Part shown: positions 12,601 to 25,600 of the stretch, piece after piece | How the letters are laid out: the number at the start of each line of letters is the position of its first letter | Numbering within the stretch: the stretch's first letter is position 1 | DNA from: Macrostomum lignano | Taxonomy: Eukaryota | Assembly (NCBI GenBank): GCA_002269645.1 | Contig: NIVC01002296.1 | Span: 62,001-126,000 of the forward strand | Length of the DNA: 64,000 bases | Direction: 5' to 3' | The notes under the pieces: generated by a model | What the model was told of the DNA's origin: nothing | The model's database searches: none | The model's input: only the letters and a program-made list of their open reading frames with translations | Position numbers and translations under genes: made by a program

Positions 12601-15600
12601 CTTTAGGGTTTTTTACATGTGTAAGTTGCATTTTTGGCCAAAAACTTATCATTTGGCCAAAACATCGCATTTTTGTTAAAACTAAGTCGCATGGCCGTCC
12701 AAATTTTGGAGGTTGCACATGTATGTTTGCTGAAGATAAAGAGGAGAAAAAAGGGCATTGAGGAGAAAATGAAGAGAGAAAAGGGCAGAGAGGAGAAGGG
12801 AGAAGGGGAATTGCTGAGATGTCAATGCTGATGGGGGAATTGCTGAGATTTCAATGCTGATGGGGGAATTGCTGAGATTTCAATGCTGATGGGGGAATTG
12901 CTGAGATGTCAATGCTGATGGGATGGGGGAATTGCTGAGATGTCAAGGCTGATGGATTGGGGGAATTGCTGAGATTTCAATGCTGATGGGGGAATTGCTG
13001 AGATGTCAATGCTGATGGAATGGGGGAATTGCTGAGATGTCAATGCTGATGGAATGGGGGAATTGCTGAGATGTCAATGCTGATGGAATGGGGGAATTGC
13101 TGAGATTTCAATGCTGATGGGGGAATTGCTGAGATGTCAATGCTGATGGAATGGGGGAATTGCTGAGATGTCAATGCTGATGGAATGGGGGAATTGCTGA
13201 GATTTCAATGCTGATGGGGGAATTGCTGAGATGTCAATGCTGATGGAATGGGGGAATTGCTGAGATGTCAATGCTGATGGAATGGGGGAATTGCTGAGAT
13301 GTCAATGCTGATGGAATGGGGGAATTGCTGAGATTTCAATGCTGATGGGGGAATTGCTGAGATGTCAATGCTGATGGAATGGGGGAATTGCTGAGATGTC
13401 AATGCTGATGGAATGGGGGAATTGCTGAGATTTCAATGCTGATGGGGGAATTGCTGAGATGTCAAGGCTGATGGGGGAATTGCTGAGATGTCAATGCTGA
13501 TGGAATGGGGGAATTGCTGAGATTTCAATGCTGATGGGGGAATTGCTGAGATGTCAAGGCTGATGGGGGAATTGCTGAGATGTCAAGGCTGATGGTATGT
13601 GGGAATTGCTGAGATGCCAAGGCTGAGAGATCAGGAGCTACATTTAGTTTATTCAGTAATTTTCATTCCATTCTCTGATTGCTAGTACATTACTAGTTTG
13701 AAACATTTTGCAAAATAGAACAGTTTTAATAGAATAAAAGACAGCCAATAGATTTAGAAATTTCAAGCACATAAAAAATTGCTTTCCCGCATCATTTGAA
13801 AATATTTAAACATTATTTAGTCTTCTAATCCATGAAGGAAATTGACTGGCTTTTGCTATGAGGTTACTCATAATATTTGATTGTATATATGCTGATATGC
13901 CATAAAATGGCCTCTTCATAAAGCTACTTAGTCTTACTATTCTTTTGGTGCATAGTTTGAGTAACAATCTACAAATCAATCAGAATATAATCTATCATTT
14001 TATCAACTTTTAGATGCACTGGGCAATCAGCTGACAGTAGTGAATGTTCCATCTGGTGTTAAACTGAGCAGTTCAAAACAAGTCTCACTTGCTGATGTGC
14101 GGGCGCTGCCCCTTCAACTATTTGGCCTGGATGAGGTTCGCTTGATTTCTTGCTGATTAGTGATAATTTTACTGTATTTACTTGACTCTGCTGCCCTTCC
14201 AGATCCTCAGTTGCTGGGCCAGCCTCCCAGATCCTCAGTTGCTGGGCCAGCCTCTCAGATCCTCAGTTGCTGGGCCTGCCTCTCAGATCCTCAGTTGCTG
14301 GGCCTGCCTCCCAGATCCTCAGTTGCTGGGCCTGCCTCCCAGATCCTCAGATGCTGGGCCAGCCTCTCAGATCCTCAGTTTCTGGGCCAGCCTCTCAGAT
14401 CCTCAGATGCTGGGCCAGCCTCCCAGATCCTCAGATGCTGGGCCAGCCTCTCAGATCCTCAGATGCTGGGCCAGCCTCCCAGATCCTCAGATGCTGGGCC
14501 AGCCTCTCAGATCCTCAGATGCTGGGCCACCCTCCCAGATCCTCAGTTGCTGGGCCAGCCTCTCAGATCCTCAGTTGCTGGGCCAGCCTCTCAGATCCTC
14601 AGTTGCTGGGCCAGCCTCTCAGATCCTCAGTTGCTGGGCCAGCCTCCCAGCTCCTAGTCGGTGGCTCCAGAGCTCATCAGTTCGCGAAACTTCCCGCCCC
14701 ACAGACACAGTCGGGCCTGGTCTCCGACGTGTCGTTTTTCCGCCGTCCCAGCCTCCTGGCCATCATCGCTTTCGCCTGCGGAGACGCCTGCGCTGAGGTC
14801 GACGCCGACATCCGCACTGCCATTTCCGGCGCCTCTGCCCAGCTAAGCTTCCGCCTCGGCGGCAGCGACGATGCGCTGACCTACCAGCCTACTGGTCTGG
14901 CCGAAGCTGCAGCCCGTGCCGGCCTGTCCAAGTCGCTGCTTGCCGGCTCCAGCGACCTCGCCGACTCGTCGCACCCGGGCCTGTTCGCCGGCGCTGAGGT
15001 AATCAAGAGACTCCGGGGTCAGGTTTTAGCGGTGTGGGTGTCAGCGGGTTGGTGTCGGTGGTGTGGGTGTCAGGTCAGGTGTATCATCAGTGTTGCTTGT
15101 TTCGTGTTAGAAATGTAGTTTTCTGCGGTGCTGGTGTCAGATGATGTGGGTCCCGTTGGATTTTGAGTTTTTAAAGTAGGCATGAAAGGTGAAGAGTTTT
15201 GCACCTTCTGCCTCACTTTCGCCTCTTCTATGCCTATTTTGTGCCACTTGTGCACCGCGTGTTCACCTGAGTGCCTCTGCAGGGTCAAAAGGTGAATTTA
15301 AGGCACGAAATAGGCGGTAGGGGCACAGGTGTCGTAGGGGATTCAGGTGCATAAAAGGTACACAGTGGGCACTTTAGGCGTAGAGGCAATGCAAGGGGCG
15401 TTAAATTTTCAACTGGCAAAGTTATTTGCTTCCTTTTCTCACTATTCGAAACTTTTCCTCACTAATGCAAACCTTTTTATCACTTTTCGGAACTTTTCCT
15501 GAGTATTTGAAAGTCATTAAAACTTATCAGTATAGGAAATGTTTAGTTTCGTGGTTTGTTAGGATCAGGAAGGGGATAGCAGCGATTAGTATAGGTGTAA

Positions 15601-17254
15601 ACAAAGCTTTTCTATGTTCAATCTGTGCGTGCAATATACGAGAATGTTACTGTATGTAACTCTCAGTTAATTTTGTTACGAATTATTAATGCGTTAATTC
15701 ATGCATAGGCATGAAAGGTGAGCGAGGTGCACAGAAGAGGCACTTTAGGGGTCTATTTCGAGCGTGTTTTGGAAATGCACCTGTATACATATTTACGCAC
15801 ATGTACACCTTATGCACCTCTAATTCACCTTTCGTGCCTGAAATGCACCTTAAATGCACCTCTAATTCACCTTTCATGCGCTTTCTGCGCCCCTTCAGCA
15901 CCTCTCGTTCCCCTGATGTGCCTCACTTGTGAGCCTACTCTTCACCTTTTGCGCACCTCCAGTGCCCCTTATACACCTTTACTGCCCCTACCGCCACAAC
16001 CAATCAAAATTGAGAATTCACCTACTGCCTGACCACTTCACCGATTGTACACCTTTCATGCCTCTTTTCAAAAATATTGGTGACATTTAGGCATAAAAGG
16101 TGCACTCAGGTGCATTTCCAAAACACGCACGAAATAGACCACTAAAGTGCCTCTTTTTGTGCACCTCGTTCACCTTTTATGCCTCTGCAGGTGCATAACT
16201 TTTCCAACGGGGGTGTGTGGGTTTCAGTGATGGGCTGTCAGGTGTGGGTTTCTGTGATGGGCTGTCAGGTGTGGGTTTCAGTGATGGGCTGTCAGGTGTG
16301 GGTTTCTGTGATGGGCTGTCAGGTATGGGTTTCAGGATGGGCTGTCAGGTGTGGTTTCTGTGATGGGCTGTCAGGTATGGGTTTCAGTGATGGGCTGTAA
16401 GGTGTAGTTTCTGTGATGGGCTGTCAGGTATGGGTTTCAGTGATGGCCTGTCAGGTGTGGTTTCTGTGATGGGGTGTCAGTTGTGGGTTTCAGTGATAGG
16501 GTGTCAGGTGTGGGTTTCAGTGATGGGCTGTCAGGTGTGGGTTTCAGTGATGGGGTGTCAGGTGTGGGTTTCAGTGATGGGGTGTCAGGTGTGGGTTTCA
16601 GTAATGGGGTGTCTGGAGGTGTGGGTTTCAGTGATGGGGTGTCTGGAGGTGTTCAGTGCTCGAAAATCGCCATGTCAAACTAAAATTTAGTCGCATGTTG
16701 CGCAATCCGAAAACCCCCAGGCCGCCGACTCGCTGCCCGCCGCCCTGTCTGACGACTCAAGCCTGCCCGCGGAGACCCGGCGGCAGCTTCGTTTCGCCCG
16801 CGCCCTCGCCGACCGGGTGGTGGCTTCCGGTCTGCTGGCCGACTCGCAGCCCGACGCCCTCCGTGTCGACATCCCGACAGTCGGCCTGACCGCCGACGCC
16901 CGCCGCCGGGTTGTTGAATTCGCCGTCAAGCTGGCCGGTCGGCTGGCCGACGCCGCCGGGCCCCAGCGGGCCTTTGTTGCCATGGCAACCGTGTCCGGCC
17001 CGGCCGCCGAGCTCATCCGCGTTGGCCGCTCGCTGATGGCCGCCCCGAAGGAGGCCGCCGCCGCCGAAGACGACGGCATGCGGCTAGCCGACAACTACAA
17101 GTCGGACTTCCCGGTGATGTTCAACCTCATCCTGTGGCTGTCGGTGGTGCTGGCGCTGGCCGTGTACGCCGTGGCCTACGGGCTGTGGAACATCGACCCG
17201 GGCAAGGACAGCATCATCTACAGGAGGGGCTACGCCCACGCCAAGAAGGACTAA
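9683..17254 (+). CDS. ATP6AP2: V-ATPase accessory protein 2 / (pro)renin receptor, ~335 aa
   Basis: join(9683..9740,14014..14135,14705..14998,16721..17254); all introns GT-AG with compatible phases (1,0,0). Signal peptide MKCSIVALSLLMIVIVCIQ; GLVSDVSFFRRPSLL resembles GLAVGNLFHRPRAT; furin-like RVGR|SL; C-terminus FPVMFNLILWLSVVLALAVYAVAYGLWNIDPGKDSIIYR is diagnostic. The exon 1 link and exon 3 acceptor are less certain. Confidence 0.88.
10444..11447. mobile_element. Small TA-flanked MITE (~160 bp) interrupted by a hAT element
   Basis: Termini tatggacttgga / tccaagtccata, with about 83 bp on each side of the inner insertion. Confidence 0.6.
10527..11363. mobile_element. Non-autonomous hAT element
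   Basis: 13-bp perfect TIR cagtgttgggcac / gtgcccaacactg; perfect 8-bp TSD gtaggcct (10519-10526 and 11364-11371); internal ttaa-rich subrepeats. Confidence 0.88.
12000..12380. repeat. CT-rich low-complexity tract
   Basis: Degenerate tctc run in ATP6AP2 intron 1. Confidence 0.7.
12413..12724. mobile_element. MITE-like element
   Basis: Short TIR tacatgcgcaac / gttgcacatgta; terminus resembles the catgcgcaac end of the 6.3-kb MITE. Confidence 0.5.
12805..13625. repeat. Minisatellite, 29/34-bp units
   Basis: gggggaattgctgagat(g/t)tcaatgctgat(ggaat) tandem. Confidence 0.95.
14195..14650. repeat. Minisatellite, 28-bp hairpin unit
   Basis: gatcctcag(t/a)tgctgggccagcctc(c/t)ca tandem in ATP6AP2 intron 2. 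Confidence 0.95.
15707..16184. mobile_element. MITE with ~78-bp TIRs
   Basis: aggcatgaaaggtgagcgaggtgcacagaagaggcactttag..ttttggaaatgcacctg pairs with caggtgcatttccaaaa..gtgcacctcgttcaccttttatgcct. A related terminus at ~15178 suggests a larger or nested copy. Confidence 0.8.
16210..16650. repeat. Minisatellite, 27-bp unit
   Basis: gtgtgggtttcagtgatgggctgtcag tandem in ATP6AP2 intron 3. Confidence 0.93.
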
Positions 17255-17419
17255 TCATAAATTAGTAAATTTATGCTAATTATGGACTATAGTAACTTTA
17301 TGGTTGACTGGAACATGGGTTTTAGAAACTGTTTTGGGCATAATGTCGCTTGTGGCAGTTCAAGATGAGTGTCCTGCACAGCAGCTAGTTGGACTGGCTG
17401 AAATGAAGCTCACGTAAGC

Positions 17420-18208
17420 TGAATAAGTGTGTGCATTAGCCACTGAGAATGTACAGTAGTTACTGAGAATGTACATTAGCCACTGAGAATGTACAGTAGT
17501 TACTGAGAATGTACAGGGTGTCCCATTAGTAACTTTACAACTTGTTTCGTGAATAACTTTGTGATTAATGCTTGGATCCCCACCAGAGTTTAGCATAAGA
17601 AAATATATATTAAAGGGATTTTTTGACACCAAAAGCATGTTCATACGTTAAAAAATACAGTCCGTTCAGGGTCCTTCGATGTGGCCACCGCCGTTTGTAA
17701 GGCAGGCCTCCAGCCGCCGCGGAAAGTCCAGCAGGGCTTTGGTAAGCGTCTCAGGCGAAATCTGGGCCACTTCGTCTGAGATCCTTTGTCAAAAAAATCA
17801 AAAAAATCTGTCAAATAAGGAATAGTACATTAGCCACTGAGAATGTACATTAGCCAATTGAGAATGTACATTAGCCAACTGAGAATTACATTAGCCAACT
17901 GAGAATGTGCATTAGCCACTGAGAATGTACATTAGCCACTAAGAATGTACAGTAGTTACTGAGAATGTACATTAGCCAACTGAGAATTACATTAGCCAAC
18001 TGAGAATGTACATTAGCCACTGAGAATGTACATTAGCCACTGAGAATGTACATTAGCCACTAAGAATGTACAGTAGTTACTGAGAATGTACATTAGCCAA
18101 CTGAGAATGTACATTAGCCATTGAGAATGTACATTAGCCAACTAAGAATGTACATTAGCCACTGAGAATGTACATTAGCCACTAAGAATGTACATTAGCC
18201 ACTGAGAA
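17420..18208. repeat. ~20-bp satellite split by a mariner fragment
   Basis: cactgagaatgtacattagc units at 17420-17513 and 17824-18208. Confidence 0.9.
17514..17800 (-). mobile_element. Truncated Tc1/mariner element (transposase C-terminus + one TIR)
   Basis: TA-cagggtgtccc terminus. Minus-strand 17666-17790 translates QRISDEVAQISPETLTKALLDFPRRLEACLTNGGGHIEGP*, which carries the typical IS630-Tc1-mariner C-terminal R.RL..C....GGH.E motif. Confidence 0.8.
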
Positions 18209-18829
18209 TTGGTTTGAGCATCAGAATTGGCAAGTTGGCTGCATCTAGTCGAATAAAGGAAGTTTTCCTAGAAGCCCGCATCTTTTTTCGCGGAAATCTT
18301 AGCAGTTCACATGAAGAATGTAATCTTTTGGAGTCTTATCAACACTCAAGTTTGGTATTCAGGGTTTGAACTGCTGTCTGTCCTGTAAATCCCATGCTTA
18401 AAGAAGTCCTATGACACTTTTTAGATCAAACGCCCGTTATTGTTTGTGTTTGTGGCGTCAACCACATCTCTGCATAATAACCTGTTCAATTATTCCCTCT
18501 GTGTATTCAGTTCTTTATCAGCGTTCTGGTGGCTCTGCAGAATTTCATTTGCTGTTTTATTTTTCTCCCTTAATTGACTAAATTGATTGTACGCTCCTCT
18601 TTACTCTGGTTATGTACTTTAGTCGCTAATATGCGCTCCTTTTCCTGGTTTTAATCGCTCTCGTGTCGTGTTTTTGAACAGACAATGCCCGATGAAAACG
18701 GTACCGAGGCCGAGAGTCGCCCCAGTCACTTGCGTCGCCCCAGCGTCGTTGCAGGTGACACAGGCTCGTAAAATAGGAAAGAAGTGACTCTATAACGACG
18801 ATATGTCGCGGTACAAGTCACTAAAGATA

Positions 18830-19410
18830 GCAGCAAACAGACAACAACAACACAAATAGACAGCAACAACAACACAACCAGACAGCAACAACAACACAAA
18901 CAGACAACAACAACAACAACACAAGCAGACAACATCAACAACACAAACAGACATCAACAACAACACAAACAGGCATCAACAACAACACAGGCATACATAG
19001 ACAACAACACAAACAGACATCAACAACAACACAAACAGACAGCAACAACAACACAGACAACAACAACAACAACACAAGCAGACAGCATCAACAACACAAA
19101 CAGGCATCAACAACAACACAGGCATACATAGACAACAACACAAACAGACATCAACAACACAAACAGACATCAACAACAACATAAACAGACATCAACAACA
19201 CAAACAGACATCAACAACACAAACAGACATCAACAACAACACAAACAGACATCAACAACACAAACAGACATCAACAACACAAACATACATCAACAACAAC
19301 ACAAGCAGACAACATCAACAACACAAACAGACATCAACAACAACACAAACAGGCATCAACAACAACACAGGCATACATAGACAACAACACAAGCAGACAA
19401 CAGCAACAGA
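18830..19410. repeat. CAA-rich degenerate satellite
   Basis: aacaacacaaacagacatc-type units. Confidence 0.9.
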
Positions 19411-20159
19411 GTCACTGTAGAGTTACTGAGTTGTGTTTGAAACGCATTTGCGTTGTTTTATGAATTAGAGTCGCATCTCTAGCGAAGTTAAGCGCCAACA
19501 CAATGGTTTCTGGACGACTATTTAGTGATTGCGATTCTGCAACTCACGTGACGCTCCGGACGCAACAGTCGCCTCTCTGTTGCATTAGACGCGTCTGAGT
19601 CGTTAAACAGTCACGAGAGTCGCCCCAGAGTCGCTAATGTTGTTTGCAACAAATTTTACGTTCGTACAGCAATTCTAGGCACAGTATCGTTTTCAACGGG
19701 CTTATGTTAGTAAAGGCTTATTAGAGTACTGTGCTTATTACTAACAGTAAAATGATTAGCAAAATAGAGCGTATGTCTGTACTGTGTAAGTATTTATTCT
19801 GTTATATTTGTCTACAATTGAATTACACCTTGCATAGAAGAATATTATTGATGTTGTAGAACTTTCAATTGTGATCCGCACTACTTATAATCCTGTTCCA
19901 TTTGCTAGAGTAGCTTTAGGACAAGTTAATTTCAAAAAATTACTCAACTACTAATATAAAAATTATCAACACATTCTTCTTATAAATCCATTTTTGACTT
20001 TGCTAAATAAAAAATTCCTGAATATTATCTTGTTTGATTGGCCACCTTCTCTGTCACATTAATCAGATATTCGAGCTGTTCAGAGGGGCCTCCAACTGGT
20101 AGCGTCTGCTCGAAGCACTTTTTACCTGCCTTTGTTTGTTGGTCCTGTTCCTGTTGATC

Positions 20160-21605
20160 CTGGGGAGGGGGTGGTGAGGGATGGCAGGGAAGGGGATGGT
20201 GAGGGATGGCAGGGAAGGGGATGGTGAGGGATGGCAGGGAAGGGGATGGTGAGGGATGGCAGGGAAGGGGATGGTGAGGGATGGCAGGGAAGGGGATGGT
20301 GAGGGATGGCAGGGAAGGGGATGGTGAGGGATGGCAGGGAAGGGGATGGTGAGGGATGGCAGGGAAGGGGATGGTGAGTGAGGGATGGCAGGGAAGGGGA
20401 TGGTGAGGGATGGCAGGGAAGGGGATGGTGAGGGATGGCAGGGAAGGGGATGGTGAGGGATGGCAGGGAAGGGGATGGTGAGGGATGGCAGGGAAGGGGA
20501 TGGTGAGGGATGGCAGGGAAGGGGATGGTGAGGGATGGCAGGGAAGGGGATGGTGAGGGATGGCAGGGAAGGGGATGGTGAGGGATGGCAGGGAAGGGTA
20601 TGGTGAGGGATGGCAGGGAAGGGGATGGTGAGGGATGGCAGGGAAGGGGATGGTGAGGGATGGCAGGGAAGGGATGGTGAGGGATGGCAGGGAAGGGGAT
20701 GGTGAGGGATGGCAGGGAAGGGGATGGTGAGTGAGGGATGGCAGGGAAGGGGATGGTGAGGGATGGCAGGGAAGGGGATGGTGAGGGATGGCAGGGAAGG
20801 GGATGGTGAGGGATGGCAGGGAAGGGGATGGTGAGGGATGGCAGGGAAGGGGATGGTGAGGGATGGCAGGGAAGGGGATGGTGAGGGATGGCAGGGAAGG
20901 GGATGGTGAGTGAGGGATGGCAGGGAAGGGGATGGTGAGGGATGGCAGGGAAGGGGATGGTGAGTGAGGGATGGCAGGGAAGGGGATGGTGAGGGATGGC
21001 AGGGAAGGGGATGGTGAGGGATGGCAGGGAAGGGGATGGTGAGGGATGGCAGGGAAGGGGATGGTGAGGGATGGCAGGGAAGGGTATGGTGAGGGATGGC
21101 AGGGAAGGGGATGGTGAGGGATGGCAGGGAAGGGGATGGTGAGGGATGGCAGGGGAGGGGATGGTGAGGGATGGCAGGGGAGGGGATGGTGAGGGATGGC
21201 AGGGGAGGGGATGGTGAGGGAAGGGATGACAGGGGAGGGGATGGTGAGTGAGGGATGGCAGGGGAGGGGATGGTGAGGGATGGCAGGGAAGGGGATGGTG
21301 AGGGATGGCAGGGGAGGGGATGGTGAGTGAGGGATGGCAGGGAAGGGGATGGTGAGGGATGGCAGGGAAGGGGATGGTGAGGGATGGCAGGGGAGGGGAT
21401 GGTGAGTGAGGGATGGCAGGGAAGGGGATGGTGAGGGATGGCAGGGGAGGGGATGGTGAGTGAGGGATGGCAGGGAAGGGGATGGTGAGGGATGGCAGGG
21501 AGGGGATTGTGAGGGATGGCAGGGAAGGGGATGGTGAGGGATGGCAGGGGAGGGGATTGTGAGGGATGGCAGGGAAGGGGATGGTGAGGGATGGCAGGGG
21601 AGGGG
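20160..21605. repeat. G-rich minisatellite, ~25-bp unit
   Basis: ggtgagggatggcagggaaggggat tandem; source of the PSLT/PCHP spurious ORFs. Confidence 0.97.
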
Positions 21606-22652
21606 ACGGTGGTGCGTGGACAGCTAAGTAAACTCTCATGCAGACTCCTAGAAGAAAAATGGCAAGGTTTGTAAATGAACACTATCAAATACCCGTTTTT
21701 ATGTGGAGTTCAATTGGTTGGATCTTTACAGGCGCTCATGCAGCGGCGTTAAGAATGCCATCAGCTGAGTTGAACCACCTGGGAGGCATGAACAGTATAT
21801 TTATTTCATTCTGGATAAGCAGTGTTAGTTAAAATCGGGCGAGGTACAATTAACAAAAACACCTGTTTTAAAAATAGGAGAGAAATTTTAAATAAATTTG
21901 AGCTTAGATTGGCTTTCTCAATTTCAAAAAGCTAAAAGTAGGTTTGTTAAAGTTTCAACTAGATCTAAATCTAAAAGGAAAGAAAATTCGACAAAATCAC
22001 TATTTAAATTAGGGCCAAAATGCATACACCGATAAAAGTACATGCATACGAGCTTAGATAGCAGATTAGACCATTGAAACGTTGAGATAAAAAAGTAATT
22101 AAAAATGAAATTTGTACAAAATCGATAGAGCGCTTATCTTTGAAGACAGTCACCTGCTTGAACTTAATTAGCAGTCAATTCAGTGCACCGCGCATGTGGC
22201 AGTGCAGGACGCAACCTTCTGTCGTGAATCTATCGGAAATAATCTACTACATAAAATTGATCGAATTCCAGTTAATCAAAAATGGATATATAATAGGAAA
22301 TTTATCGTACACAGCAGCATTGGAGAATCGAATCGCAGTAGAACAAGATAGGTTAAAGACGTGTTTTAAAATGTTCAACAATACCTGTTGCCAGGTACGA
22401 GTATACAATAATTAATATCGGATGAGTTCACTGAACTCATATATGTGCGGCAAACATGTACACTGGGCGATGGTCAGGCGGACATGCCGATGACCTTGGG
22501 GCCATGATTATAACAAATATCCATGGCGCTTCGAAGTAAAAACAACCCCCCCCCCGCTGTCGAGCAAAAGCGAACAATTAGGGTATCAAAATCCCGCAGT
22601 AAATTGTTGATGCCGCAGCTCGCATAAGCCCATGCAGTCTCTTGAGGCAGGT

Positions 22653-25600
22653 TCAGTAGCGGTCAGTCCATCGGGCTGTCAGCAGAGCTGCCAGCGACAC
22701 CGCCAGCACCGCCCAGCTGCTGCTGGCGGCGGCTGGGCCCGAGCGGGTGTAGCCCTCGACATCGTTGTCCCGGAACAGCACCTGGCTGGACGGGTACACC
22801 ATGCCGTTGGTGCACTCGTACTCGCCTGCCGCCAGGCTGATGTTGGCCATGACGAACGAGCCTGTGATCTCCACGACTGCGGAGGCGGGGGGAGGATGGA
22901 GAGCATCGTCACCTGGTTGTACCTATACTTGCTTAGAAGCAGGTACCTGCAGCTTACACACAGCTGGGTATCAGTATAGCTTACAGACAAGTACCGGTAG
23001 CTTACAGACAGGTATCAGTAGCTTACAGACAGGCACCAGTAGCTTACAGACAGGCACCAGTAGCTGCCACGTACCAGTGCCAGCGCCATACACAAACTCA
23101 TATTTATTTAAAAAACAGATTTCGTTTCATTTCCCAAACGCTACTCATAAAGTGCTTACATCGAGTAGTGAGCCCGGCTGAGCCCTTGAGATTCACGGTG
23201 ATCTTCTCGTTCTCGGCTGTGTTCGCCGTGGCGAACTCAGTGACCCCGGCTGGGGCGACGTCGGCGATAATCTTCTGGTTCGGCAGCACCATACGACGGA
23301 ACACCTGGCCGGGAGGTGAGGGACTCGCTGTATACTCTACCTACCCATCTACCTGCCTATCTACCTACCTATCTACCTATCTACCTACCAATCTACTTAT
23401 CTACCTAACAATCTACTTATCTACCTACCTATCTACCCATCTACCTATCTATCTACCTACCTATCTACCTACCTACATGTACCTATCTATTTACCTACCC
23501 ATCTATCTACCCTGCTATCTATTTATCTGTCTTTCTATCATCTATCTAGGCTGACTGCAGGTGCCGCTCACCCGGTTACGCAGCTGGCTGTCGCTCAAGA
23601 TGACGGCGCCAATCGACACCTCTTTGGAGTTCTTGTAGCCGGAGAAGGCCGCCATGGCGGCATTGCTGGGCGGGAACACGGTGTAGGCCATCTGCGAGTC
23701 GCCCAGGTTGGGTTGGAATTCGTTGCTGCCCATGAACTGCCGGACGCGGCTGAGGTCCTCGTGCGAATTGATGAAGTCCTTCACCGTCTGCACCGGCTGG
23801 CCGAGAACGCGAATCACCTTGTGGAAAATTCCGTTCTTGGCCGGCTGGTCGAACATTGTCAGCTCGGCTCGGACAAACCCGCGGTTTGGCAGGCGGCCCT
23901 CCACATAGTACTCTGCGGGCAGTAGCGAATGGCGCATTTTCATCTCGAAATCTCATGCAGTCACTTGGGGGAACCCGGATGGGGGAAATTGGGGAAAATG
24001 GGGAAAAAAGCCAACTGTCCGGAACTCACTGCTCTCATTGTTGTACATCCGGAACCGGATCTGGCCGGAGCTGCCTTGCGCAGTCAGCAGGTCGGACTCC
24101 TTCATGCTCGGCTTGAAGACTATGCCGGGCACAAAGTGCAGCATCAGCAGCTGCTCCAGCTGCAATTGCAGGAGCAGTAACTGACTGACTGACTGACTGA
24201 CTGACTGACTGACTGACTGACTGACTGACTGACTGACTGACTGACTGACTGACTGACTGACTGACTGACTGACTGACTGACTGACTGACTGACTGACTGA
24301 CTGACTGACTGACTGACTGACTGACTGACTGACTGACTGACTGACTGACTGACTGACTGACTGACTGACTGACTGACTGACTGACTGACTGACTGACTGA
24401 CTGACTGACTGACTGACTGACTGACTGACTGACTGACTGACTGACTGACTGACTGACTGACTGACTGACTGACTGACTGACTGACTGACTGACTGACTGA
24501 CTGACTGACTGACTGACTGACTGACTGACTGACTGACTGACTGACTGACTGACTGACTGACTGACTGACTGACTGACTGACTGACTGACTGACTGACTGA
24601 CTGACTGACTGACTGACTGACTGACTGACTGACTGACTGACTGACTGACTGACTGACTGACTGACTGACTGACTGACTGACTGACTGACTGACTGACTGA
24701 CTGACTGACTGACTGACTGACTCACCTGCGTGCCGTTGCTGAGGCTGGCCAGGCTGGTCACATCGGCGGGTGCAAACAGCGTCAGCTGGGTGCCATTGCT
24801 GCTCAGCAGGCTCAGGCAGCTGGGCACCCCGGAGCAGGCCCGGTAGAACTCGGGCGCATTGGTCTGCGCCAGCGAGAGCAGGTCTTCGTGGGCGAAGGCG
24901 AGCACCCGGTCCACCACGTGGATGATGGCGTTGCCGAGCGGGTAGTTGATGGATTTGTCCACGAACTGGGCGACCACGCCGCCAACCGACACGAAGGCCT
25001 TGCTGGCGGAGTTGAGGTACATCCGGCTGTCGTTGTACCAGGCCACGGTGTTAAATCCGGTGGAAAACTTGATGCTGCTGCTGAGGTTCATCCAGGTGGT
25101 GAACACGGTGATGTTCGGGGCGAAGTGGGCGACCAGCACCTTGCGGAACTCGTCAGCCAAGCTGTTCAGCTTCTCCATCTCGGCGCTCGGGATTCTGTCC
25201 CAGGCCGCGTCTGACGGCAGAAAGATGGTGCGCACCTTGAAGGGACTGTCCCCTCTCAGAGCGCTGTACACGTAGCTATAAGTGGTGTCCCTCTGCATCC
25301 AATCGTTAAAAATGGTCAGCGATTTCCTAGAAAATGAGATTGGAGCAGCAAATGAGAACAGCGCCGATTATGAGAAATAATTCGGTTTGACTGTCGGCAG
25401 CTCACTGAATTCCCAGCTGATTTGCAATGCTGGACGACGGTCCGCTGGAAAAAAAGTTGGCCGTATCCTGAGTGGAGCCGATGGGCAGGAGGACCTGGTC
25501 GAGCACGTGGAACACCCCGGCATCGCCCTCCTTGTTGCTGTCCGCCACCACTACGGCGGCGTTGTTGACTCGGTAGGACCAGGTGGAGCCCTGCGTCAGG

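Noticed and set aside
18682-18754. Apparent small exon MPDENGTEAESRPSHLRRPSVVA with good acceptor, ATG and donor
   Set aside because: No compatible downstream plus-strand exon found. Its gagagtcgccccag motif recurs at ~19615, suggesting it belongs to a repeat element flanking the CAA satellite.
20063-21688. Pro/His/Ser-rich 500+ aa ORFs
   Set aside because: Translations of the G-rich 25-bp satellite in several frames
23542-25298. ORF-track proteins containing (VSQS)n or running through introns
   Set aside because: Read-through of real fasciclin exons into microsatellite introns; replaced by the spliced model
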